64,000 nucleotides of DNA from a virus (Duplodnaviria > Caudoviricetes), in IMG/VR virus record IMGVR_UViG_3300010362_000015, positions 9,593-73,592 of that record. One strand, 5' to 3'. Both the position numbers and the translations under genes were made by a program. The notes beneath the pieces were generated by a model that had not been told where the DNA came from, did no database searches, and saw only the letters and a list, made by a program, of their open reading frames with translations. Positions 24,460 to 34,624 of this stretch are shown in pieces. How positions within the stretch are numbered: the stretch's first letter is position 1; the number at the start of each line of letters is the position of its first letter.

Positions 24460-25467
24460 ATGACTGGATCACAGAACTCCGCGCGCTTTGTTACCGATGA
24501 CCTGGAGCAAGCCTGCCGGTATTTCACGGGCGTCTATTGTAACCGCGTCGAGTCTATTGGCCGCAACCGGCATGAGTTCCACGTCACGGCGGAAACGATC
24601 CGGCTGGAACTGCTCACGGTCCATATCCTGCACGGGACCGGCAGTATGAACTGCACCATCCACAACGATAAGTCGTACACGTTCATTCGCATGGAAGAGG
24701 GAGTATTTGGCCGGAGCTACGATGGCCGTCAGTTCTATGTGCCCGCGGGCCGGGCCATCCTCGTGCCCGAACAGAGTGAGGGACTCATCCAGTGGGAAGG
24801 CGACTGCAATGGCGTCTCGATACAGATACCCGCCAGCGCGATCCAGCGCAAGGCCGAACGTCTGATCGCGGAGCCGCTCCCCGACCACCGCCGTCTCGAA
24901 CTCGACGGGATGTTGAATTTGACGGCCCCCACTCTCCTGGGGCAGGAGCTTGAATTCCTCCTGGAGCAACTGCAGAGCAACGGCTCGCTGTTCGATGACA
25001 AGTACCGGAAGCTGCGCGAGGCGTTTCAGCGGGCCATCATCCAGGCTTTGATCGAGGACACGCCCAACAACTATCAATCGCTACTCGCGCACCGCTATGG
25101 CGGCGCGGCCCGGAGATATGCATCCAAGTTCGACGAGTACATCGAGGAGCATATCGAGCTGCCGGTCGGCATCGTGGACATCGCCGCGACCATCGGCTGC
25201 AGTGCGCGAACCCTGCGGAACGCCTGCTGGCGCGTGTATGACGAGTCGCCGGAAACGCGGCTCAGGCGGAAGCGGCTCCACCGGGCCCATGCGCGCCTCG
25301 AAAATCCTCTGCCCGAAGACACCGTCGATTCGATAGCTCGTGAATCCGGCTTCGTTCATCTGGGCCGGTTTGCACAGCGATACCAACAGGAATTCCAGGG
25401 TGAGCTGCCGCGCGAAACACTGCGCGAAGGACGCCGGAAGCGGGGCATCGTCATCGATAAGGGATGA
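24460..25467 (+). CDS. AraC/XylS-family transcriptional regulator with ligand-binding N-domain (EutR/AntR-like)
   Basis: C-terminal DIAATIGCSARTL...SIARESGFVHLGRFAQRYQQEFQGELPRETL double HTH. Confidence 0.92.
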   Translation: MTGSQNSARFVTDDLEQACRYFTGVYCNRVESIGRNRHEFHVTAETIRLELLTVHILHGTGSMNCTIHNDKSYTFIRMEEGVFGRSYDGRQFYVPAGRAILVPEQSEGLIQWEGDCNGVSIQIPASAIQRKAERLIAEPLPDHRRLELDGMLNLTAPTLLGQELEFLLEQLQSNGSLFDDKYRKLREAFQRAIIQALIEDTPNNYQSLLAHRYGGAARRYASKFDEYIEEHIELPVGIVDIAATIGCSARTLRNACWRVYDESPETRLRRKRLHRAHARLENPLPEDTVDSIARESGFVHLGRFAQRYQQEFQGELPRETLREGRRKRGIVIDKG

Positions 25468-25833
25468 CTAGCTCGGCTTGGCTTCAACGGGCTGCTTCTG
25501 CTCCAACTCCTGCAGCAGCGGCTCGAACCAATCCAACATTCCCGTCGCCAGCTCGACGCTGTCGCCCAGTTTGATCAGCCGCCGGATCTCGTCGTCACTG
25601 AGCGGCACCTTGAGCGGAGTCATGCGCGCCGCGGCTGTCTCGTCGAAGAACTGCCCGTTGCCGTTCGGCCCGGGGTGCAGCAGCTGCTTGCGTTCCTCGG
25701 AGCCCAGTCTGATTTTGTTGCGGATGTTATACCAGACTCGCAAGTCTTCGCGCTTGCCCTTCTGCTCGCCCAGTAAGTTCTCCAGCCCGATCCTCTGGAT
25801 CGCGCTAAATTCGATAGAACGTTCTCTCGCCAT
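25468..25833 (-). CDS. hypothetical protein after the tail fibre (possible fibre chaperone), 121 aa
   Basis: ATG 25833 just after the fibre stop; last gene of the late operon. Confidence 0.65.
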   Translation of the reverse strand: MARERSIEFSAIQRIGLENLLGEQKGKREDLRVWYNIRNKIRLGSEERKQLLHPGPNGNGQFFDETAAARMTPLKVPLSDDEIRRLIKLGDSVELATGMLDWFEPLLQELEQKQPVEAKPS

Positions 25834-25844
25834 ATGGTTTGATC

Positions 25845-28800
25845 TTACGTCAGATTCTTGAATAACCCACCTACAAAGTGCAAGGTCCCGACACCCGCAA
25901 TTACGATATCCGCGTTTCCGCCGACGAACGAGCCCAGAATGCCGAAATCGCCGCCGAACACATGGCCGGAAGTCTGCACGCTCTGCACCCAGAGCCGGTC
26001 GGAGCCCACGCATTTGATGCCAGCGATATCCAACTCCTGGCAGGAGACGACGCCCGCGCGGTTGACCTGGAAGTTGACGCCGCCGGAATTCTGGAAGGTG
26101 ATGCCGGTCGATGAGGATTGCAGCACGCCGTTGGCGGTGATGTTGTTCCAGGTCGGGCTCGCGCCCGAAGAGACATCCTGGCCGATGTTGATGGTGACTG
26201 CAGTTGTACCGCTGACGGTGACGCCGGTGCCGCCCAGGATGCTGCTCACCGAAGTGGTAAGACTCACGCTCACCCAGACGCTGCCGTTGAACAGCCAGTA
26301 ATTGGCGCCGCCCGCATAGGCGATGCCGCCCACGCCGCCGAACGCCGGAAGGTTGGCGCTGGAGGTGACCTGCGTCATCATGTAGGCCGCGCCGTTCGGA
26401 TCGGCTGCCCGGAAATTGCCGTTGTTGAGCAGCACGCCGATGGACCGCGCGTTGTTGGCAGCCGTGTCGGTGGTCTGGCCGGTGATCTCCAGCTGGCCCG
26501 CGTGATGCAGCCACATCTTGGCGTAGCGCGTGAGCTGGCCGTTGGGCGTCACATTGAAGCTGATCTCGGTGCCGTTGGCGGCCAGCGTCCAGCCCTCGCT
26601 GGTAACGAATGTCATCGAAGCGGTGGCGCTGCCGGTGAACCCGTTGGTGGTGGAGCCGCGCCCGCCCAATGACGCCAGCGTGACGCCGCTCGCCAGATTT
26701 TGAAAGTTTCCGATGCCCGGCGTGCCGGTGTAAGCCGCGCGCCTTCCGATGAAGCCCGTGACGACACTGGTTCCTCCGCTGGTGTCGTAGGCGTCAATCA
26801 GAAAAGCGTTGGTCGCATTCAGCGTGACGAAGAGGCCCGTCACGCCCGTCAGGCCCGACCCCAAATCGGGAGTGAGGGCCGGGAGCACGCAGATCCTTCC
26901 CAGCGCGACGATGCCGCCTGACGTCTGGATCGTGTTGTAGGCCGTGTTAGTGGCGGTCACCAGATAGCCGCCGGTGGACTGTATGTAGCCGCTCGCCGCG
27001 CTAATGGCCGCCGTGCCCGCCGCCGCATTGACAGTCAGCAGGCGCGATGAATTGTTCCAGCTGAGATTATCGCTGCCCGCGAAGGTTCCCGGGCCGGTGT
27101 TGTATTGCACGTTGCCCGCGTTGCCGCCCGGGACGCCGCCGGTGGCAGACAAATTCACGGTCGCCCAGCCCGTGCCGTTCCAATAGTAGTAAACAGCTCC
27201 GCTCTGCCAGCTGAGGCCGCCATAACCGTTCGGTGCATCGCTGAGGCCGGTGGTGTTGGCGCGACCGAAGAGATAGACGCCCTGCCCCAGAACCGCGCCG
27301 CCGGTGGATGCGACGAAGGCCGCTGCACCGTTTACCTGAGAGATGAACGCCGCCGCCGCGGTGACGCCCGCGTTGGTACACAGCGTGTAGGCCGTTACGG
27401 GAGTTGTGGTCCCGTTGCTGGGTGCAGTCCACAGAAGCACGTCTCCGTTATTGGCGATGACGAATGAAGCGTTGTTGAGCGCAACCGGGAAGTTCTTGGC
27501 TCCTCCGAGCACCGGTATGTCGATGTAGCCGCCCTGCGATGCCGACGACGTGATCCCCAGGCCCATCGAGAACAGGCCGCCCGCGGGCGCCTGGATGGCC
27601 GTATAGCCGGTGTTGCTCGTGTAGTAACCGCCGTCGGAATCGATGTAGCCGGTCTGCACCTTGAGGCCGACCGACGGAGCCGGAGTCTTGGCGATGATCG
27701 TCATCGCCTGCGTGGTGTAGTTCCACTTCAGATTTGCGTCGCCGGTGAACGCGCCCGCGGCGTTGCGGTACTGGATGCTCTGATCGCTGCCGCCCGGGGC
27801 CAGACCTGCGACCGCGGTGAAGTCGATGGACTTCCACACCGCCGTATCCAGATACCAATAGGTGCTGCCGCTCTTGTAGGCGAACCCGCCATAACCGGCG
27901 CCCCCGGTGGCCGGGGCGGTGCCGTTGGCCGCCAGAAAGACGGACTTGCCCAGCATTGCGGAGCCCGGCGCGAAGAACGCAGCCGTGCCCCCCTCAGTGG
28001 TGATGAAGCTCGCGGCCGCGCGCACGCCTGCATTGATGCAGAGCGAGGAGCTGGTATTCGGCGTCGCGGTGTTGTTGACGCCCGACGCCCACAGAATCAC
28101 ATCGGTGTCGGGCAAGCTCGCGTTAGTCAGCGCCACCGGATAAGTGGCCTGCGGAGGCAGGTCGATATAGCCGCCCTTGCCGCCGCTGGTGGCGATGCCC
28201 AGCCCTGCGCAGTTCACGCCGCCGAAGGAAACCTTGACCGCCTGATAACTGCTATTGCTGGTGTAGTAGCCGATGTCCGACTCGACATAGCCAGCCTGGA
28301 TCTTGAGCGCGAGGTTGGGCACCGGCGGCGTACCGGCGGCGGGCTTGGCGATGATCGTCATGACCTGATTGCCGTAGTCCCATTTCAAGTTGCCGTCGCC
28401 CTGAAAAGATCCCCACGCAGGCGGCTCCTTGCGATATTGGATGGACTGATCGAAACCGCCCGGTGGGCTGGCCTGAGCCGCGGCGTTGAAGTCGATGATC
28501 TTCCATGCGCCCGCGCCCGCGGCGTCCCAATACCAGTAACTCGATCCGGCCTGGAATCCGAGCGCGCCGTAACCCGCAGGCGAGAGGTTCAAGCCATTGG
28601 CATTGCCGCTGTTGGCGTGACCTTTCAAATACACACCCATGCCCAGCGTTGCGCCGCCAGCATCCGATTGGAACGCCGCGACGCCGGTGTTGGCGCTGAG
28701 AAACGAGGCCTGCGACCGGATGCCTGCATTGCAGCAGAGTGCATAGGTCGTGATCGTGGTGTTGGTGCCGAGCGCCTGCGCCGACCATAGCAATATGTGG

Positions 28801-30422
28801 TCTGTGCCGAATGTGGCGGGCGGCAGACATATGGCGGTGTTACTCAAGCTATTGGGCGGAATGTCGATGTAGCCGCCAGCCCCGGCCGCGGTAGTAGTAA
28901 TTCCGAGAGCGCAGGCGAACACGCCGCCCTTGGTCGCCTGGATGGCGTTGTAGTCGGTGTCGGTGGTGAGATAGCCGCCGTCTGCATCCACATAGCCGGA
29001 AATCACCTTGAGCCCGAGCGGAGCCCCTGTCTTGGCAGTGACGCGCAATACCTGATTGCCGTAGTCCCATTTCAAGTTGCCGTCGCCCTGAAACACGCCC
29101 GCGGTCGGAGGCTCCTGGCGGAACTGGATGCTCTGGTCGAAGCCGCCGGGATTGGTCGCGCCGCCGATGGGTACGCCGTTCACCCGATAGACGCCCGTCA
29201 CATTGACGTCGCCGGTGATGTCGAGCGGATAGGCCGGATTAGCGCCGTTCAGCCCGATGTAGCCGTTCGAGCGTTTGACAAAGATCGGTTGGCCTAAGTA
29301 AGCGCCGGTGTTGTCGTAGCGACCGAGCACCCAGTCGGAGCCGCCAGCAGGCGCGGATTCCGCGGTCGGCGTCTTGCCCCAGAACCAGCGCGGTGAGCCG
29401 CCCTGATAGGCATAGTAGTAACCCTGATTCGAGTTGATCGCCGAGCCCTTCACTTGAACCGATGCGCACTGCACGCCGCCGCTGCCCGATACCGACAGAT
29501 AGTCGGTCGTAAACACGATGCCGTAGCCTGCCAGCGTGTTGACCTCCAGCCCCTGGTCCGCATTGAAGATCGTCTCGCCCGTGCCGCGGATGAACGAGGC
29601 CTGTGTGCGGAGGAAGGTGCCGTCGTCTTTGTACGCGAAGAGATGCAGGTCGCTGCCGGTGTTGTTGACGCCCGACTCTGCGCCGACCTGCGCCAGCGCC
29701 CAGCGCAGGTTGCCGAGGTTGTACCAGACCACCTCGTAGGGCAGCATGGCGAGCGTCTGCTCGTGGCCCGCCGTGCCGTCGCCCGCCACCGTCACCAGCG
29801 TGGCGTTGTGCAGGTTGTGCTGCGCAGCGTCCACGTCGGTGAGCCAGGGGGTCTGCGATCCGCCGCCGCCGCCTGAGACATTCGTGGCTCCGGCTCCCGA
29901 ACCGTGTATGACTATCCAGACGCGGCTGCCGTCCTGCGGCGCGACGAGCGTGACCGGATGGCTGTCGGCCAGTACCATCGAAGTGCCGCCGCCGGGAAAG
30001 TGGTCGAAGTTTCCGCCGGTGTCCTGGGCCGCCAGGATCTTGACGTAATTCCCGTCGGCGGTGCTCTTGTGGACGATGGTCTTCTTGTTGGGCTGGTCGC
30101 TGATCAGCAGCAGCTGATAACTCACCGAGCCCGGCAGTGTGACGGCAGTGCCGCTGTTGTGCGGAGTCGCGCTGGCCGCGCGCACCACGATGGCGTCGGT
30201 GGCCGTATGGGATTGTACGAGCACCTGCTCGGAAGGATCGGTCCCGTCGTCGGCGATGGTGAGGTAGGTGCCGTCCACCACGTTGCTCGTATCGGCCAGA
30301 GGGATGTCGGTGACCGTAGCATTGATATTCGAGGTCAGCGTCGTCGCAGCCGGGGTCGAGCCCGCCGGAGGACTGCCGGTGTCGATCTGGACGATGCCGT
30401 GCCGGATCTTCTGGAGGCCCAT
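25845..30422 (-). CDS. tail fibre / receptor-binding protein, 1525 aa
   Basis: Follows the tail-tip gene; Gly/Ser/Thr-rich; four ~225-aa PGGxDQSIQ repeats; YPLDITGDVNVTG fibre motif. Confidence 0.8.
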   Translation of the reverse strand: MGLQKIRHGIVQIDTGSPPAGSTPAATTLTSNINATVTDIPLADTSNVVDGTYLTIADDGTDPSEQVLVQSHTATDAIVVRAASATPHNSGTAVTLPGSVSYQLLLISDQPNKKTIVHKSTADGNYVKILAAQDTGGNFDHFPGGGTSMVLADSHPVTLVAPQDGSRVWIVIHGSGAGATNVSGGGGGSQTPWLTDVDAAQHNLHNATLVTVAGDGTAGHEQTLAMLPYEVVWYNLGNLRWALAQVGAESGVNNTGSDLHLFAYKDDGTFLRTQASFIRGTGETIFNADQGLEVNTLAGYGIVFTTDYLSVSGSGGVQCASVQVKGSAINSNQGYYYAYQGGSPRWFWGKTPTAESAPAGGSDWVLGRYDNTGAYLGQPIFVKRSNGYIGLNGANPAYPLDITGDVNVTGVYRVNGVPIGGATNPGGFDQSIQFRQEPPTAGVFQGDGNLKWDYGNQVLRVTAKTGAPLGLKVISGYVDADGGYLTTDTDYNAIQATKGGVFACALGITTTAAGAGGYIDIPPNSLSNTAICLPPATFGTDHILLWSAQALGTNTTITTYALCCNAGIRSQASFLSANTGVAAFQSDAGGATLGMGVYLKGHANSGNANGLNLSPAGYGALGFQAGSSYWYWDAAGAGAWKIIDFNAAAQASPPGGFDQSIQYRKEPPAWGSFQGDGNLKWDYGNQVMTIIAKPAAGTPPVPNLALKIQAGYVESDIGYYTSNSSYQAVKVSFGGVNCAGLGIATSGGKGGYIDLPPQATYPVALTNASLPDTDVILWASGVNNTATPNTSSSLCINAGVRAAASFITTEGGTAAFFAPGSAMLGKSVFLAANGTAPATGGAGYGGFAYKSGSTYWYLDTAVWKSIDFTAVAGLAPGGSDQSIQYRNAAGAFTGDANLKWNYTTQAMTIIAKTPAPSVGLKVQTGYIDSDGGYYTSNTGYTAIQAPAGGLFSMGLGITSSASQGGYIDIPVLGGAKNFPVALNNASFVIANNGDVLLWTAPSNGTTTPVTAYTLCTNAGVTAAAAFISQVNGAAAFVASTGGAVLGQGVYLFGRANTTGLSDAPNGYGGLSWQSGAVYYYWNGTGWATVNLSATGGVPGGNAGNVQYNTGPGTFAGSDNLSWNNSSRLLTVNAAAGTAAISAASGYIQSTGGYLVTATNTAYNTIQTSGGIVALGRICVLPALTPDLGSGLTGVTGLFVTLNATNAFLIDAYDTSGGTSVVTGFIGRRAAYTGTPGIGNFQNLASGVTLASLGGRGSTTNGFTGSATASMTFVTSEGWTLAANGTEISFNVTPNGQLTRYAKMWLHHAGQLEITGQTTDTAANNARSIGVLLNNGNFRAADPNGAAYMMTQVTSSANLPAFGGVGGIAYAGGANYWLFNGSVWVSVSLTTSVSSILGGTGVTVSGTTAVTINIGQDVSSGASPTWNNITANGVLQSSSTGITFQNSGGVNFQVNRAGVVSCQELDIAGIKCVGSDRLWVQSVQTSGHVFGGDFGILGSFVGGNADIVIAGVGTLHFVGGLFKNLT

Positions 30423-30433
30423 AGTGTTCTCCT

Positions 30434-33400
30434 TCAGCTGGTGATTACGACAGTGCCCTGCGCGCCGGTGATGTAGATCATGCGCAGCGGCTCGTTGGGG
30501 AATCCCGCCTCGACGCCGTCCTGGTCCGCGGTCACGCCGCCGATCAACAGCGGCAGCTGGTTGTAGTTGTTGACGGTGATCTCTATCGAGGTCGTCTTGG
30601 TGGGGTCCGCATTGTTCACGCGCACCTGATTCTGGACCTCCCAGTCGGCGTGCGCCACGATCCAGAAGCTGGTCGCATCGATGGGCAGCGGCTGGTCGAG
30701 CGTGTAGTCGGTCGCGGTGTTCGAAACGATCTTGGCTGACATGCCGCGGGACTTACCCTGGATCACGATCACCATGTTGCCGATGCGATTGGGATCGTTG
30801 GGCGTCTCGCCCGCGTGCGGCGTCGGGTTGGTGGCGTTGGCGATGCCCGGGTCGCCGATCACATAAGGGTTGGCGGAATTGTCGTAGCCCTTGAACATGA
30901 CTGCGAAGACGTCGCCCACCTGCACGCCTGACAGGACCGGATCGCGGTCCAGCAGATACTCGCCGGTCGAAGGCACAAAATTGTTGATCATGAAATGCGC
31001 GAAGGGCGCCTTGCCCGGCGGATCGCCGCGGCCGATGATGGCCAGTGCGCGGCCGTTCCAGTTGTCGGTGCCGAGCGAATCGATGGTCGCGTAGCTGGTG
31101 ATGATGGTGCCTGCGATTTTGTCGATGCCCGCGCCGACCGGCCCGCCGTGGATCAGGCGGCGGCCCTTCAGGTTGAGATAACCCATATCCGGGTCAGGCA
31201 CTGCGTAGGTCGAGCGCTTGGGAACCGCGGTCACAGTGATGGCCGTCGGCGTGTAGCCGCTCGCGCCGCCGGTGAGTGAGCCGGTGAGCTGACCGCACAC
31301 CAGATCCGGCTGATCGCTGAAGAACACTACATAGCCGGTGAGCCCGTCGATGGGCGGCCAGTGAATGTCCTGGATCGTGAACTGGTTGGTGTTGGTCCCG
31401 TTGGGCACCTGGATGATCAGCACCTCGCTCGGCGGCGAGTAGCGGCCCTTGGCGTCGGTGGCGCAGATCTGCACGTAGTATGTCGCGCCGCCCGGCAGCG
31501 TCCCGCCGGTAGTCGAGCGGGTTACTTCGCCCACTTTGACATCCACCGCACCGCAATTGGGGATGAACTGATTGACCGGCAACCGGCCGGAGGCGACGAC
31601 TTTGGGAATCGGGCTGCCGTCGGTGGCGAACTCGTAGACCTGCGAGAGGTCGAAGGTCCACTCGTTGGGGAAGACCGCGTCGGCCGCGTTGGCCTGCACC
31701 TGATAGGGCGCCCACTGAGGAAGAGCCATGGGGTAATACATCACCGGCAGGGGCTGCTGCACTGCGCCGGTGGGCTGCGGCCCGACCTCGGTGTCGTACA
31801 TCGAATCGACCACGGAGTCGGCGACGATGGTGACGCTCCAGTCCGAGTGCAGCATCCACTTCTGAATGCGGAAGGGCCAAGTATTCGCCGGGAATGGTCC
31901 GTTCGAACCGGGCCGCGAACCGGCGTGCGCGCCCGGGTAGGTCGGCACATCGGGATGCTGGATCGAGATCACCTGCCCGACTTCGGTCGAGAGCGCCAGC
32001 AGCGTCGAGCGAAAGGTCGCGCGCTTGTGGTTGTCCCACTCGATGTAGGGATTCGCGAGATCGGTGCGCATGATGCCGCCGATCTCCTCGCGCGTGCGCG
32101 AGACGGCCACGCGCAGGCCTTGCGAGAGCGAGGGGCAGCCCACCGAGCGCATGCTGGAGGTCAGCGGGCAGCCGCCGCGCCCGTAGTAGAGTGCGTGATC
32201 CTTGTCCTGATACTCGGCCAAGTCCTGCTGGTATTGCAGCTCCATGTTGGCGAAGCTGACCTTCAGGTATTCGAACTTGGCCGGGATCGGCGTGAGCGCG
32301 AGCGACTGATAGAGCATCGAGCCGAGGCCGAAGGTGTCGGTCGGCACCGCGGAATAGCGGATACCCAGCTTGAGTGCGCCGAACTCGAAGCAGTAGTAAC
32401 CCATCGCGCAGTTCAGAATTTCCTGCAACCAGTCGCGAAACGGTTTGAATTCCGCGATGGTCCCCTGGAACATGAACTGCGGCTCCTGGCCGCCCGCGGC
32501 GGTCTGCGTGATGTAACCGGCGGCGATGGCCTGATCGATGGTCCTGGTGATCACGGTGGAGCCGGAGAGATAGGTGAAGGTGCCGTTCCAGTAATCGAGG
32601 TTGGGCTGTGTGAGCGCTTGGCCCGCCGACGTGAGTGCATAGGACGGGATCGGCGTTCCGACAATCGGCGGAACGAAGATCGCCGCGATATCGGCGCAGC
32701 CGGTGCCCGATGCGTTGGTGATCGAGTTGAGGACCAGATAGCTGACCTGCGTGGCTGCGTCGGCCTGATCGATGGCCAGCGCGCGGAAGTAGCAATTGGC
32801 TGCGACCCAGAAGGGATTGATGACTCCCGGCACCAGCGTGCGGTTGCCGCTCGCATCGAACGTCGCGCCGGTCAGGCCCTTGGCGATGGGCACCTGCATG
32901 TTGTGCGATTCGGCGGTGGTCGGCGAGACGCCGCCTCCGGCGCTCTTGGTGTAGCGCATCTCGCACAGCGCCGTGCCCGCAGCGTAAGGGATGACGCGCT
33001 TGGAAACTCCGGGGATGTTCGACCAGTTGGCGTCGGGCTCGGACCAGTTCTGCGGCGTGCCAGCGCCCAACGAAAAGGCGTCCGCGCCGTCGGTCGGGGC
33101 AGTGCCCAGGTGCGCCGGGTCGTTGCCCGATGACTGACGCAGGCCCACGCCGGGCAGGTACATCGAGAAGTTGAGCTGCGTGTTGACCTTGAATCCCTGC
33201 GGGTAGAATCCGTCCGCGGTGGGCGAGACGACGAACTTATAGCCGTCGGCGTTGGTCTGAATTGACGAGCCCTCGAACCCTCCGAGCGGGCCCGCGCCGA
33301 TGATGCCGAGGATGTCCTCGAAGTCCGACTCGTCGCGCACCGCGGCGATCAGGCAGTTGGCCCAGAATGCGCGCTGCGCCGTGCCGCCGTGATTGCACCA

Positions 33401-34624
33401 GATCTCGGCGAGCGGCTTGCCGTAGATGCTGTCGGAGAGGATCGAGGTCGAAGTTATGGTCGAGCGGAAGAAGCCGCCCCAGATGCCGGTGCCGTTGTCC
33501 TTGATCACTACGCCTTGCGGCTGCTGCGCGTGGCCGCCGAAGTAGTTGCTCATGCCGTGCGCGAGACAGCCGTTCGGCGAATTGAAGAAGTAGTCGCAGG
33601 TGGTCGGGTCGCCCGGGCCGGAGCCGTGCCCCGAATACGGACAGGGCTTGAAGCCGCTGGCGGTGACGGCCTTGTCGAAGGGCTTCCAGCACTGGCGCGA
33701 AATGCTGCGCGCGGGATACTGCTGCGTCACCGGGTAGAGGCCGTCCGAACACTCGACGGAGAACTGCGGCGAGCCGTCCACCTGCCAGGAGAGGATCAGC
33801 CCTTTCCACAATTGCAGCAGCGCGCCCGAGTTGTAGTGCAGCAGCGAGAGATCAATCTCGGCGAATTCAAGCGAGCAGTCGTTCACCAGCTTGGCCATCA
33901 CGCGGTCGGCGTTGCCGAATGTAAACCGCACATTGTCCGCGCGCCCGTCGATGGACTGCGACATGATGACGTCGCCGCCGCCGGGGATTCCCATGTTGAT
34001 CAGCCGCGGCAGGAACGTGACGAAGCTCGTGCCCGGGAACCCGTACACATCGATGCGCCGGTCGGAGAGATAGATATCCGGCACCGCGGGATTGCGCACC
34101 TTGATGTGGATGAGCGGGACGATGGCCTGCACCTGCGACTGCAGCGCCGACGCCAGGGCCGTGGACGGGAAGCGCTTCGAGACGCTGGTGATGTTGCTGG
34201 TGGGCGCGAGTGAGGGGTCGAGGATCTCCAGAAACGTGATGCCGGTGGTCGCGCGGTTGGCCAGCTCGGTGATGGTGAGCGGCTGCGTGTCGAAGACCAC
34301 TTGGTAATTGGTGAAGGTCTGCCGGTCGGTGTTGGGCACCGGATAGGTGAAGGATTTGTAGCTGCCCTGCACGGCGTCGAAGAAGGCCAGCAGCGACTGC
34401 TGGTCGCGGTAGCTCAGGCTGCTCTTGACGAAATGAAACTTGCGCGCCCCGGCCCCCAGCGCATACCGCTGGATGGCCATGGTGGCCAGCTCGCCGAAGC
34501 GGTGCTCGATGATCTTGTAGTCGCGGTCGAACCCATAGCCGTACTCGCTCACCAGCGGGAAGGGCTGCGAGGGCGGCAGCGGCGTCGGCACCGGCACCGG
34601 TATGCGACCGATGGAATCGGACAC
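30434..34624 (-). CDS. fused tail-tip protein (Dit-like, gpL-like Cys cluster and gpJ-like hub)
   Basis: N-terminal LLAFFDAVQGSYKSF Dit-like motif; QCWK...CPY...CDY...GC...YFGG; 1396 aa. Confidence 0.75.
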   Translation of the reverse strand: MSDSIGRIPVPVPTPLPPSQPFPLVSEYGYGFDRDYKIIEHRFGELATMAIQRYALGAGARKFHFVKSSLSYRDQQSLLAFFDAVQGSYKSFTYPVPNTDRQTFTNYQVVFDTQPLTITELANRATTGITFLEILDPSLAPTSNITSVSKRFPSTALASALQSQVQAIVPLIHIKVRNPAVPDIYLSDRRIDVYGFPGTSFVTFLPRLINMGIPGGGDVIMSQSIDGRADNVRFTFGNADRVMAKLVNDCSLEFAEIDLSLLHYNSGALLQLWKGLILSWQVDGSPQFSVECSDGLYPVTQQYPARSISRQCWKPFDKAVTASGFKPCPYSGHGSGPGDPTTCDYFFNSPNGCLAHGMSNYFGGHAQQPQGVVIKDNGTGIWGGFFRSTITSTSILSDSIYGKPLAEIWCNHGGTAQRAFWANCLIAAVRDESDFEDILGIIGAGPLGGFEGSSIQTNADGYKFVVSPTADGFYPQGFKVNTQLNFSMYLPGVGLRQSSGNDPAHLGTAPTDGADAFSLGAGTPQNWSEPDANWSNIPGVSKRVIPYAAGTALCEMRYTKSAGGGVSPTTAESHNMQVPIAKGLTGATFDASGNRTLVPGVINPFWVAANCYFRALAIDQADAATQVSYLVLNSITNASGTGCADIAAIFVPPIVGTPIPSYALTSAGQALTQPNLDYWNGTFTYLSGSTVITRTIDQAIAAGYITQTAAGGQEPQFMFQGTIAEFKPFRDWLQEILNCAMGYYCFEFGALKLGIRYSAVPTDTFGLGSMLYQSLALTPIPAKFEYLKVSFANMELQYQQDLAEYQDKDHALYYGRGGCPLTSSMRSVGCPSLSQGLRVAVSRTREEIGGIMRTDLANPYIEWDNHKRATFRSTLLALSTEVGQVISIQHPDVPTYPGAHAGSRPGSNGPFPANTWPFRIQKWMLHSDWSVTIVADSVVDSMYDTEVGPQPTGAVQQPLPVMYYPMALPQWAPYQVQANAADAVFPNEWTFDLSQVYEFATDGSPIPKVVASGRLPVNQFIPNCGAVDVKVGEVTRSTTGGTLPGGATYYVQICATDAKGRYSPPSEVLIIQVPNGTNTNQFTIQDIHWPPIDGLTGYVVFFSDQPDLVCGQLTGSLTGGASGYTPTAITVTAVPKRSTYAVPDPDMGYLNLKGRRLIHGGPVGAGIDKIAGTIITSYATIDSLGTDNWNGRALAIIGRGDPPGKAPFAHFMINNFVPSTGEYLLDRDPVLSGVQVGDVFAVMFKGYDNSANPYVIGDPGIANATNPTPHAGETPNDPNRIGNMVIVIQGKSRGMSAKIVSNTATDYTLDQPLPIDATSFWIVAHADWEVQNQVRVNNADPTKTTSIEITVNNYNQLPLLIGGVTADQDGVEAGFPNEPLRMIYITGAQGTVVITS

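Noticed and set aside
23700-24460. LexA box (GTTC-N7-GTTC or CTGT-N8-ACAG) controlling induction
   Set aside because: No convincing match found by eye in the control region
31194-33133. Two 590-aa ORFs overlapping the tail-tip gene (and similar shadows such as 61303-63237, 48901-50028, 22248-23411, 38424-39767)
   Set aside because: Alternative-frame or antisense shadows of high-GC3 genes; Arg/Ala/Gly-rich with no motifs
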